Positions 30,633 through 39,662 of a stretch of 64,000 nucleotides of DNA are shown here, one piece after another. Source of the DNA: an uncultured Chloroflexia bacterium (GTDB lineage Bacteria > Chloroflexota > Limnocylindria > QHBO01); assembly GCA_963812115.1 (NCBI GenBank), contig CAWEUD010000005.1, positions 64,048 to 128,047 on the forward strand. Reading direction: 5' to 3'. Under the pieces are notes generated by a model. It did no database searches. It was not told where the DNA came from and saw only the letters and a list, made by a program, of their open reading frames with translations. Positions within the stretch are counted from its first letter, which is position 1. Every line of letters begins with the position of its first letter. The position numbers and the translations under genes are program-made.

Positions 30633-30954
30633 CCCCTCGGGCCTCCAGCGGGGAATCGTCGTCGACGATCAGCATGTTCACGCCGGCGCCCGCGAAGTTG
30701 CGCAGGTCGCGGCCGCTCTCCATCCCCGCCTCGGAAGCGAGCGCGGCATCCAGGTCGGCGCGCGAGTCGAAGGCCATCTCCGCCACCAGGTAGTAGGGCG
30801 ACGGGCGACCAGCCACGCCATCGGCCTTCGTCAGGCGCAGCTCGCGAAGCTGCGGGTAGCGACGGACGATCGGTGCGTGGACCTCGCGGTAGTGCCGGTC
30901 GAAGGCCTCGGGATCCTCGGGTTGGCTGAAGAGCGCGATGAAGCGAGCTGCCAC
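30625..30954 (-). CDS. EthD-family protein
   Basis: 'PEDPEAFDRHYREVHAP', 'YLVAEMAFDS'. Confidence 0.85.
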   Translation of the reverse strand: MAARFIALFSQPEDPEAFDRHYREVHAPIVRRYPQLRELRLTKADGVAGRPSPYYLVAEMAFDSRADLDAALASEAGMESGRDLRNFAGAGVNMLIVDDDSPLEARGDA

Positions 30955-30955
30955 G

Positions 30956-31201
<246 letters not shown>

Positions 31202-31330
31202 ATCGGGCAGTTCTCCTCGTGAAAGAGGCTCATCGACTGTCGGGTCAGGATACACCGACGCAAGGCGGCCGTTGGCCGACCACAGCCGCGAGCAGGGTGT
31301 TCGTCGCAAGGTGGCGGTCGGAACGTCCGA

Positions 31331-32398
31331 TCAGCGGTCGGTACGCCGGCGGGCCGTGCCGGCGCTCGGCGCATCCGCCAGGCCGATGAGCACCAGGCGC
31401 GGGTCCACCCACTCCGCCTCTCGTCCGACAGTGGGCGCCGTGGGCGGGGATGCTTCGGCGGCGGCACCCAGGAAGCGGAGCTGGATGGGCGGGCCGGCTT
31501 CGCCGCCCGAGGTGAAGTCGTCGTCGCCGAGCGGCGGTGCGGTCGACAGCGCGGCCGCGTCCCGGCGCTCCTCTTCGGTGAGGTCACGGAAGGAGTCGAA
31601 GAGCTGGACGTCGGTTCGCCCGTGCGCCTTCGCCCAGCCGAGGGCGGCACGCGCGTCGCGCCGCAGCGCCGCCGGGCTTTCGCTCAGTTCCGGCAGGCTC
31701 GAGATGCCGGCTGAGAACGACCACTCGCCAGCGGCACCTGCCCGATCTCCCTCCTCGAGCGCGGCCAGCAGCAGTCGACGCAGGACACCCTGCGCCTTCC
31801 CGGCGGGACATCCGGGCATCAGGATCGCAAACTCGTCGCCGTCCATTCGGAAGGCAGCGTCCTCGGTTCGCGTCCGGCTCGTCAACAGCCGACTGATGGC
31901 AGCCAGCAGCCGATCCCCCGCCTCCTCGCCGTGCTCCCTGTTGATCTGCGCAAGTTGATCGACGTCGAGGACAGCCAGTGAGAGGGGTTGCTCCATCTCG
32001 TATGCCAACTCGACCTGGCGCGCCAGCTCGGCGTCAAAGCCAGCGGCGTCGAGCAGGCCGGCCTGGACGCTGACCGCGGGTGCCGGTGCATCGGCCCGCA
32101 CGGCCTCCCGTGGCCTCTCGGCCGCGACGGCAGCCATGGTGCCTGCGCCCCGGCGATCCGCGAGCGCACGCGATCCGGCGACGAGGGTTATCGGCACGCC
32201 GATCCCGGCCGCCAGGAGCCACGCCAGCGAGCCGATGTCGAGGGGTTCAGCTGCCGCTCCCACGTAGAACGGGAGGGCCATGGCCATGACCCCGAGGAAG
32301 GCGACCGACAGCGCGGCAGTCGAGGACGCAGCCACTCGCACCGCGGCTGGCGTGGCTGCCGCGGTGCTGCTCTGGGCGTGGCTCGCGAGAGATGACAT
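31331..32398 (-). CDS. Membrane-anchored GGDEF-domain protein with degenerate active site (DGDEF)
   Basis: Two TM helices; 'LAVLDVDQLAQINREHGEEAGDRLL'; 'RTEDAAFRMDGDEFAIL'; 'FSAGIS'. Confidence 0.85.
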   Translation of the reverse strand: MSSLASHAQSSTAAATPAAVRVAASSTAALSVAFLGVMAMALPFYVGAAAEPLDIGSLAWLLAAGIGVPITLVAGSRALADRRGAGTMAAVAAERPREAVRADAPAPAVSVQAGLLDAAGFDAELARQVELAYEMEQPLSLAVLDVDQLAQINREHGEEAGDRLLAAISRLLTSRTRTEDAAFRMDGDEFAILMPGCPAGKAQGVLRRLLLAALEEGDRAGAAGEWSFSAGISSLPELSESPAALRRDARAALGWAKAHGRTDVQLFDSFRDLTEEERRDAAALSTAPPLGDDDFTSGGEAGPPIQLRFLGAAAEASPPTAPTVGREAEWVDPRLVLIGLADAPSAGTARRRTDR

Positions 32399-32625
32399 AC
32401 CGTTTCCTGGCCGATGAAGCGAATTGCCACCACGTCATACCCCTCCGGCGGCGCTAGAGGCATGGCCCGGTAGTACGGGCAGGCATGACCCAGGTCCCAG
32501 CGGCGGGCGGCTCCGACCGGGACCCGAGCGTGGTACGGACGTCCCATGTGCCGGCCGACCTCGTCCGCTCTACCGTTGCTGTGGGGCAAAGCCACGAACG
32601 TCAGCCAAAATTCCCAGGGAGGGAC

Positions 32626-33677
32626 TGCTCATCGCCAGGTACGCGTCCGCAGCCCTCGTTGCGGCGCTCCTGATGACCCTGGCCTGGCCGGCCGTCGCCG
32701 GCGCGAGCCAGTGCAGCGGCGGAGGCCACACCACCAGCCTCTCGAACGGTGGTGTCAGCCCCGGCTCGGGCAGCACCTCCACTGCGTTCGCGTTCACGGT
32801 CACCTACAGCGACACCGGGAACTGCGCTCCCGACTTCGTGACGCTGAAGGTCGCCGTCTCGGGAAGCTCCACGACATACACGCTCAGCGGCAGGAACACG
32901 TCGTATGCAAGCGGGGTCGTCTTCAGCACGGCCGTCCGCTTCACGAAGCCGGGTACCTACAGCTACTCGTTCGCGGCAGCATCGGGTAGCAAGCAGGTAA
33001 CGCTTTTCGGGGTGCAGCCGGCGACCTTCTTGGTGACCGCGGCGACCCCCACGCCCCCGCCAACGCCGAAGCCGACCCCGAAGCCGACCCCACCGCCGAC
33101 CCCGAAGCCGACCCCGAAGCCGACCCCGAAGCCGACCCCGAAGCCGACGCCAGCCCCGACCGCGAAGCCAACGGCAGCGCCAACAGGGCGGCCGTCCGTC
33201 GCACCGCCAACACCGACCACTCCGTCGTCCACAGCCCCCCCGTCGTCCGCATCCAGCCCGGGCGCCTCGCCGCCGGCCACCACGGCGCCGGCGAGCGACA
33301 GCCTCGCCCCCACCTCATCGGCGGCCGGCACGACAACTCCGTCGCCCGCGCTCGCCTGGGGCAACGCCGGCGATGGGAGCCCGCCGGTCAAGGGGGTAAC
33401 GATACCGAGCGATGGCAGCTTCTCCGGCAGCCTCGTCCGGTTCGCCACCTGGGCGGGGGTGACTGCGGCCGGGCTGTGGCTGCTCCTCCTGCAGTCCAGG
33501 CGTCGACGCTGGGCCGAGCCGGGTCCGGCGAGCGGAACCCTGGTCCCCGTCCAGGCCGACGTCGCCCCCGCTGATCCGTCCGGGGTCGCGCCCAGCCCCT
33601 TCCGCGAGGAGGCAAACATGCCACGCTGGCTGCGACCCTCGGTCCGTGCGGCGCGCGGCCGCGGCTCACGGAGCTAG
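32626..33677 (+). CDS. Secreted single-pass surface protein: beta-rich domain, PTPK-repeat stalk, C-terminal TM
   Basis: Signal peptide ending 'PAVAGA'; Ser/Thr beta-rich domain with two Cys; Pro/Thr linker; TM then basic tail; start uncertain (GGAGGG SD near 32618). Confidence 0.72.
33060..33152 (+). repeat. Tandem 12-bp repeat CCGACCCCGAAG (PTPK) x~7
   Basis: Directly visible; translates to PTPKPTPKPTPPPTPKPTPKPTPKPTPKP. Confidence 0.92.
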
Positions 33678-33690
33678 GTGAGGCCGGGCA

Positions 33691-34806
33691 TCAGCGGGCG
33701 CCGAGCTCCACGGCGGCCTGCTCTGCCTGCAACCGCGCATACCCGGGCTTGATCTGCTCGTTGATGATGCGCAGACGGCCGTCGAACGGCGAGAAGGCCG
33801 ACTTCATCGCGTTGAGGGTCAGCCACTCCATGTCGTCGAGGCCGATGTCGAACGCCGCGACCAGCGCCGCAAACTCGTCGGAGAGGCTGATGCCGCTCAT
33901 CAGCCGGTTATCGGTGTTGACCGTGACCCGGAAGCGCAGCCGCCGCAGCAGGTCAATCGGGTGCTCCGCAACGCTGGCAGCCGCGCCGGTGTGGACGTTC
34001 GAGGTGGGGCACATCTCCAGCGGCACGCGCCGATCACGAACGTAGGCTGCGAGCCTCCCGAGCACGACGCGACCGTCGGGCCGCTGTGTGATGTCGTCGA
34101 CGATCCGCACGCCGTGGCCAAGTCGCTCGGCACCGCACCACTGCAGGGCCTCCCAGATGCTGGGCAGGCCGAACGCCTCGCCGGCGTGGATCGTGAAGTG
34201 GAAGTTTTCGTGCGCGATGATGTGGAATGCGTCCAGGTGCCGGCTCGGCGGAAAGCCGGCCTCGGGTCCGGCGATGTCGAACCCGACCACGCCACCCTCG
34301 CGGTGGCGGACCGCCAGCTCTGCGATCTCGACCGAGCGAGCGGCCTGGCGCATGGCGGTGATGATCAGGCCCAGGGTGATGGGGCGCCCCTCCGCGCCCC
34401 GCCGCAGGCCGGCGAGCATGGCTTCGGTCGCCTCGTCCAGGCTGAGGCCGCCCGCGGTGAGCAGCTCGGGCGCCATGCGCACCTCGGCGTAGACAACACC
34501 ATCGGCCGCAAGGTCTTCCGCGCATTCGGCGGCGACGCGCTCGAGCGCGTCCCGCGTCTGCATGACCGCGACGGTGTGGCGGAACCCCTCCAGGTAGAGC
34601 TCCAGGCTCTTGCGGTCTGCGCCCCGCGTGAACCATCGGCCTAGGTCAGCGGCATCGGTCGTTGGCAGTTCCGTGTAGCCGGCTTCCCGAGCCAGCTCGA
34701 TGACGGTCGCGGGCCGCAACCCGCCGTCGAGGTGGTCATGGAGCAGCACCTTGGGCGCGCGACGGATCACGTCGAGGTCCGGGATCGGTCGCTTCAGCGT
34801 CACCAT
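33691..34806 (-). CDS. add: Adenosine deaminase
   Basis: '[15 protein letters not shown]', 'GFDIAGPE', 'TIHAGE', 'RLGHG', 'EMCPTSN', 'VNTDNRLMS'. Confidence 0.93.
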   Translation of the reverse strand: MVTLKRPIPDLDVIRRAPKVLLHDHLDGGLRPATVIELAREAGYTELPTTDAADLGRWFTRGADRKSLELYLEGFRHTVAVMQTRDALERVAAECAEDLAADGVVYAEVRMAPELLTAGGLSLDEATEAMLAGLRRGAEGRPITLGLIITAMRQAARSVEIAELAVRHREGGVVGFDIAGPEAGFPPSRHLDAFHIIAHENFHFTIHAGEAFGLPSIWEALQWCGAERLGHGVRIVDDITQRPDGRVVLGRLAAYVRDRRVPLEMCPTSNVHTGAAASVAEHPIDLLRRLRFRVTVNTDNRLMSGISLSDEFAALVAAFDIGLDDMEWLTLNAMKSAFSPFDGRLRIINEQIKPGYARLQAEQAAVELGAR

Positions 34807-34857
34807 GTCCACCGAGACTAGCCGCCCTTGGCGGACGCGACAAGGTACGCTGGGCAG

Positions 34858-35754
34858 GTGTCGGACCTGCCATGGGACCTGGAACGCAGGCCGCTGATCG
34901 TGGCCGCCGCCACGCCGCTGCGCGACGACGGGGCCGCGCTCGACGAGGCGGCGGTGTGGCCCATGGTCCGCTTCTTCACCGACCACGGAGCCGATGGCGT
35001 CTTCGCCTGCGGCACCACCGGCGAGGGCATCCTGCTCGCCATCGAGGAGCGGCAACGGATGGCGGTCGTCTTCCGCGCCGCCCTGAAGGGCGTCCTGGTC
35101 GTGCACTGCGGAGCCCAGAACACCGCCGAGACCGTCGCACTCGCCGCGCACGCGGCGGAGATCGGCGCCGATGGCGTAGCGGTCATCCCGCCGCCCTACT
35201 TCCCCTTGGATGCCTCCGCGCTCACCGAGCACTTCGTGGCCGCCGCGGCAGCCGCCGCGCCCCTCCCGTTCTTCATCTACGCCTTCGCGGCGCGCAGCGG
35301 CTACCCGGTGCCCGTCGAGGTGGTGGCTCGGGTTCGCGAGCGCGCCGATAACCTCGCCGGGCTGAAGGTCAGCGAGGCGCCATTTGACCGTGTCGAGCCA
35401 TACCTGTCGCTGGGACTGCCGGTGCTGGTCGGCTCTGAGCCGCTCATCACGCCGGCCGTTGCGGGAGGCGCGGCAGGATCGGTCTCGGGTTTGGCGAGCG
35501 CGTTCCCCGAGATCGTGCGCCAGGGTCTCGACCACGCGGACGAGGCGGCCGCGGCACGCCTGGCGGGGCTTCGGAGCGTCATGGAGGGTCAGCCGTTCAT
35601 CGCCTCGCTGAAGCACGTGCTTGCCCGACGCGGAATCCCGGTCCAACCGGACATGCGACGGCCGATGCGCTCCCTGACCGAGGCGGAACGGGCACAGCTC
35701 GACGCCAGGCTTTCCGACCTGGGCTACCTGGGAGATCCGGCCCCGCCAACGTAA
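34858..35754 (+). CDS. DapA/NAL-family class I aldolase
   Basis: 'CGTTGE', 'IPPPYF', 'FIY', Schiff-base Lys 'GLKVS'. Confidence 0.88.
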   Translation: MSDLPWDLERRPLIVAAATPLRDDGAALDEAAVWPMVRFFTDHGADGVFACGTTGEGILLAIEERQRMAVVFRAALKGVLVVHCGAQNTAETVALAAHAAEIGADGVAVIPPPYFPLDASALTEHFVAAAAAAAPLPFFIYAFAARSGYPVPVEVVARVRERADNLAGLKVSEAPFDRVEPYLSLGLPVLVGSEPLITPAVAGGAAGSVSGLASAFPEIVRQGLDHADEAAAARLAGLRSVMEGQPFIASLKHVLARRGIPVQPDMRRPMRSLTEAERAQLDARLSDLGYLGDPAPPT

Positions 35755-35819
35755 TGTCTGGCACGCCGGCTGCGGTCCCGATCCGGTATGACGATGGATG
35801 AGAAGTCGCACCGGGAGCC

Positions 35820-36383
35820 ATGCAGATGACCGCCCACGGCGCCCCGCCTCGCAAGGTCACCGACGAGGCCAGCGAGCAGGGGCTGCGGCTGGCAAAGGAG
35901 GCCGGCGAGGCCTACTACCGCATGGTCGAGTACTTCGTGAAGAACGTCGCCACCGCCGGCGACATGCAGCGCGCCGGCGACTACCTCGTCGGCGTCGCAA
36001 CTGAGGAGGCGGAGCCGCTCTGGCACCTGCTCGGAGGACGCCTCGAACTGAAGGAGCCGGCTGTGGGCCTCAACGCTCACCTCGAGGTGGTCGTCATGGA
36101 CGCCGCGGACCATCGCTTCGTCCCGGAGCTGTCGGTCGCCGTCACCGTCGCGACGCGCAATGGGCATGAAGTTGGGACGTATCGGCTCCCGTTCCTGTGG
36201 CACCCGACCATGTACCACTACGGCCACAGCATCCACATCGACGAGGCCGGCGAGTACGACCTGACGGTTTGCATCGCATCACCCACCTTCGGGCGTCACG
36301 ACAAGACGAACGGCAAGCGCTACGCGGAGCCGATCAGCCTGACGTTCGAACGGGTCCGCCTGGAGCCCGGCCGGAAGACCTAG
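35820..36383 (+). CDS. P19/Tp34-like metal-binding 'iron transport' family protein without signal peptide
   Basis: 'AHLEV', 'HYG', 'FGRHDK' resemble P19 motifs; no hydrophobic N-terminus. Confidence 0.65.
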   Translation: MQMTAHGAPPRKVTDEASEQGLRLAKEAGEAYYRMVEYFVKNVATAGDMQRAGDYLVGVATEEAEPLWHLLGGRLELKEPAVGLNAHLEVVVMDAADHRFVPELSVAVTVATRNGHEVGTYRLPFLWHPTMYHYGHSIHIDEAGEYDLTVCIASPTFGRHDKTNGKRYAEPISLTFERVRLEPGRKT

Positions 36384-36841
36384 GAACCCTGCCCCGGGTC
36401 GGCGAGCTGGACGTACGGTCGGCGCCACTCCGGCGGATCGAACGGCCGTCCGAAGTAGGACACCACGCGCCACACCTTCCCGTCGCGCAGGCGGACGAAC
36501 TGTGCGACGTGCCACGTCTCATTGTTCGGGTAGTGGAGGATTCCCGCGATCCCGAACTCCTCGCCGCTGCCGATGACGTGGACGACGGTATAGGAAGGAC
36601 CCACGACCCACGAGTCGTCGCTACCGAGCACCGGCTTGAGCTCGCCGTGCAGCGGCTCACGATCGAAGCCCGGATAATGCTCAACCATTGCCACGAGGTT
36701 GGCCTTCCCCACGATCCGCTCGCCCGACTGCGGATACTCGTCCACGAAGTCGTCGTGCAGCACTGCCTGGACGCCTTCTTTGTCAAACGCGGCCAGGGCG
36801 CGTGCAAAGCGCTCCACGATCTCGCGAGAACCGCCACTCAT
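36380..36841 (-). CDS. NTF2/SnoaL-like protein
   Basis: 'LHDDFVDEYPQSGERIVGKAN', 'LRDGKV..SYFG.PF..PEWR'. Confidence 0.85.
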   Translation of the reverse strand: MSGGSREIVERFARALAAFDKEGVQAVLHDDFVDEYPQSGERIVGKANLVAMVEHYPGFDREPLHGELKPVLGSDDSWVVGPSYTVVHVIGSGEEFGIAGILHYPNNETWHVAQFVRLRDGKVWRVVSYFGRPFDPPEWRRPYVQLADPGQGS

Positions 36842-36936
36842 CGCCGCCGCTCCTCTCTTGCTCGCCTGGGCTCGGAATGCGTACCGCGCCGACAGGGCAG
36901 CTGCTCCGGTAGTTGTGGCGCCGATGATACGGCCGG

Positions 36937-39018
36937 TCAGTTGCCGCGGTCGGTCCCGGCGATGCTCGACAGGGCTTTGAGCGCGGCCTCCTGCAGGTGC
37001 GGTTCGGGATCGGCAGCAGCGAGACGGCTCAGCAGTCCCGGCAGATCGCCGAGCTCCGCTGCCACGTCGGGGTCGTCACCAGCGCTCCGCTGCGCAGCCA
37101 GCAGCAGCTCCAGGAGGTCGGATCGTCCACGAACCCTGGCATCCACCACCATGCGACGCACGAATCGCAGGACGGGGGCAGTGGCGGGGTAGATCGACCC
37201 GCCGTGAAGGACGGACTCGGTGAGCAACTGCCGCCCATCGGCTCGCAAGCGCTCGTCATCCGCCAGGAGCGTTCGCAGGTGCATCGGCGTGTCGATCGCC
37301 CGGCCATAGGCGTGACTGAGCGCGCGCCAGTCGACGTTGGCGAGATCCCCGAGCAGTTCCTCGACCAGCCGGGTCGGCTCCGACAGGAACCGCTCGCGCC
37401 GCGCCGAGAGCGCCACCTCATCGGGTTGTGCGTCGGATGGGAGACTGTCACGCGCGCTCTCGATCGCCCCCACGATCGCGCGGGCCACCGGATTCGCCGG
37501 TCCCAGCATGCGCTCGGTGAGCTGCTCGATCCGTGTCGCCGTGGCGCGTCCCCCCGCCGGGCCGTACTCGCGCAGCTCCTGCCAGTACTGCTCTCCCAGG
37601 GCCTGGACCGCAAGGGGGTGCCCGCGGCCGTAGGCGCCGGCCAGGATCGCGGTGATTCGCTCGAGGATGGGCAGCACCTCCGCCTCTGTGCCCGCCAGCC
37701 GCAGGATGAGCCGCAGGCGCCGCAACGGCTCGACCAGTTCGGTGCTGTCGGTCCCGAACGCGGAATCGAGAAGACCGATGGCTTCGCGCACACGATCCTG
37801 CGCCGTCACCAGGTTTCCGGTCACGAACGCGGCGTCCGCTTCGTGCAGGAGGGATTCGGCGCGCGCGCGGGCAACCGGCTGCCCGCTCTCGGGTGCGCGG
37901 CGCGCAGCGAACCGGCGAGCGATGGTGCGCAGCTGCTCCGCGGCCTCGTCGCGAGTGAGCTGTGCATCGCTGAAGAATGGCGGCGCGAGGTCCGGCCGCA
38001 GGGTGAGGATCGGCAGGTAGATGGCCGTCGCCTCCGCCACTGCGTCTCCGTCCGTCCCGTGCTGCCCCTCCGAGGCGAGTTTGCTGAAGACCGTCACGAG
38101 CGCCAGTGCGGCATCAACCGTCTCGCGGTGATCCGGGCCGAGCTCGTCGATGCGGATGAGGAACGTCCGTTCGAACGCCTCCCGCGCATCCGCGTAGCGG
38201 CCCTCCGCGAAGGCGAGGTTCCCGATGGCTTCCAGGACGACCGCCGTCCAGCGGCTCATTGGGCCGAAATGGCGCTCGTGGAGGGTCAGCGCCCGCTCGA
38301 GCATCGGCCTTGCGCGATCCGGCTGACCCATGTTGACGTACGACATCCCCACGTTCGCCAGCAGCCGTCCCACGAGATCGCTCTCCGGCCCGATGCCCAG
38401 CTCGGCGGCCGTCAGGGCGCGCTCGTACAACGCCCGTGCCCGTTCACCGCCGTCCGGCAGCGCCGCGACCTTGACCGCCAGGGCGTTCAGCGTCTCGGCC
38501 GTGCGCCGATGGCCTTCGCCAAGTGCACGTTCGCATCGGCGCAGGGATTCCTCGTGGAGGGCGATGGCCTCCTCGTGCCGGCCGGAGCGCCACATGGCCA
38601 CCGCAACGTTGTTGAGGCTCTCGATCGCATCCTCGTCGTCCGGCCCCAGCGCTGCCGCTCGCAGGTCGTACGAGCGTCGCAAGGTTCGCTCCGCCTCGTC
38701 GAGTCGGCCGGCGGTGATCTGGAGCACCCCGAGCAGGTTCAGGGAGCTGCCGAGCGAGGCATCATCGCTGCCCTCCTCATCGGCGCGAACCGCTTCCTCG
38801 GCCAGCGACCATGCGGTGGCCACGTCTCCGATGACGTAGTGGCACTCACCCATCAGCTGTGCCGCCTGCCCAATCTGCTCGGGGCGCCCGGACGCCCGTG
38901 CGGACGCAAGGATTGGCTCGGCAAGGACCATGGCCGAGCGGGGGTCCCCGCCGTCCAGGCGGCGCCGCGCTTCATCGAGGAGTGAAGCGTTCCCGCTCAC
39001 GCGCGGTGTCCCGTCCAC
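36937..39018 (-). CDS. Tetratricopeptide-repeat protein with C-terminal HAYG/HEAT-like module
   Basis: Repeated ~42-aa units 'SLNLLGVL', 'SLNNVAVA', 'TLNALAV', 'LLANVG', 'VLEAIGNL' with 'LGP.(D/H)' spacers; C-term 'VDWRALSHAYG..DTP'. Confidence 0.85.
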   Translation of the reverse strand: MDGTPRVSGNASLLDEARRRLDGGDPRSAMVLAEPILASARASGRPEQIGQAAQLMGECHYVIGDVATAWSLAEEAVRADEEGSDDASLGSSLNLLGVLQITAGRLDEAERTLRRSYDLRAAALGPDDEDAIESLNNVAVAMWRSGRHEEAIALHEESLRRCERALGEGHRRTAETLNALAVKVAALPDGGERARALYERALTAAELGIGPESDLVGRLLANVGMSYVNMGQPDRARPMLERALTLHERHFGPMSRWTAVVLEAIGNLAFAEGRYADAREAFERTFLIRIDELGPDHRETVDAALALVTVFSKLASEGQHGTDGDAVAEATAIYLPILTLRPDLAPPFFSDAQLTRDEAAEQLRTIARRFAARRAPESGQPVARARAESLLHEADAAFVTGNLVTAQDRVREAIGLLDSAFGTDSTELVEPLRRLRLILRLAGTEAEVLPILERITAILAGAYGRGHPLAVQALGEQYWQELREYGPAGGRATATRIEQLTERMLGPANPVARAIVGAIESARDSLPSDAQPDEVALSARRERFLSEPTRLVEELLGDLANVDWRALSHAYGRAIDTPMHLRTLLADDERLRADGRQLLTESVLHGGSIYPATAPVLRFVRRMVVDARVRGRSDLLELLLAAQRSAGDDPDVAAELGDLPGLLSRLAAADPEPHLQEAALKALSSIAGTDRGN

Positions 39019-39033
39019 GTCGGCCGGCTTTCC

Positions 39034-39660
39034 TTAGCCGGTCTCCCCGGGGTCCCCGGCGACGGCCATCTGCCCACCGGTGGCGATTCCCGTCTCCCGA
39101 TGGTAGGGCGCCGTGGCCGCATCGTTCATCTCGAAGCGGGATGGCGGCGCGGCATCCGCCAGCTGCTCGACCTCCTCGTGGGTCAGCTCGTAGCCGTAGC
39201 GGATGGCGGCGACGTTTTCGTCCTGGAAGCGGCGGGGCAGCGACTCGCGGATGGCGGCCTCGTGGAACTCGATCTCGGCGAGGCGGAGCAGACGCCCCAG
39301 GGCGATCATGTTGCCGAACAGCTCCTTGCCGAACTTCTCGCTGCCGAGCGAAGCGAAGGGAATCTGCTCCGCACCCGGGACGTTGAGGCCGAGGTCGGTG
39401 ATGACCACCTTGCCGTGGATGCGCATGTGCCCCTTGTCGGCGAGCTTGAGCATGATGTCCGCCTCCTCGACCACCGGGTTGAGGATGGGTTCGTCGTCGA
39501 AGATCACGAACGCGTCGGACATGCTGCCGCGCACGCTCGAGTCGTAGTCGAAGAGGACCGTCACCTCCTTGCCCATGCGCGCCAGCAGTGCCCCGAGCAC
39601 GCCCGCGATGACGCGGACCCCCTGGCCGCCAACCCCATCTAGGGCAATTCGCGTGACCAT
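39034..39660 (-). CDS. korC: 2-oxoacid:ferredoxin oxidoreductase gamma subunit
   Basis: 'IALDGVGGQGV', 'YDSSVRGSMS..V', 'GNMIALG'. Confidence 0.85.
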   Translation of the reverse strand: MVTRIALDGVGGQGVRVIAGVLGALLARMGKEVTVLFDYDSSVRGSMSDAFVIFDDEPILNPVVEEADIMLKLADKGHMRIHGKVVITDLGLNVPGAEQIPFASLGSEKFGKELFGNMIALGRLLRLAEIEFHEAAIRESLPRRFQDENVAAIRYGYELTHEEVEQLADAAPPSRFEMNDAATAPYHRETGIATGGQMAVAGDPGETG

Positions 39661-39662
39661 GG

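Noticed and set aside
32575-32620. GGGCAAA...CAAAA segment resembling a c-di-GMP-I riboswitch next to the GGDEF gene
   Set aside because: No GNRA-capped P2 stem, GACGCAAA motif or P3; explained by a simple GTGG/CCAC hairpin.
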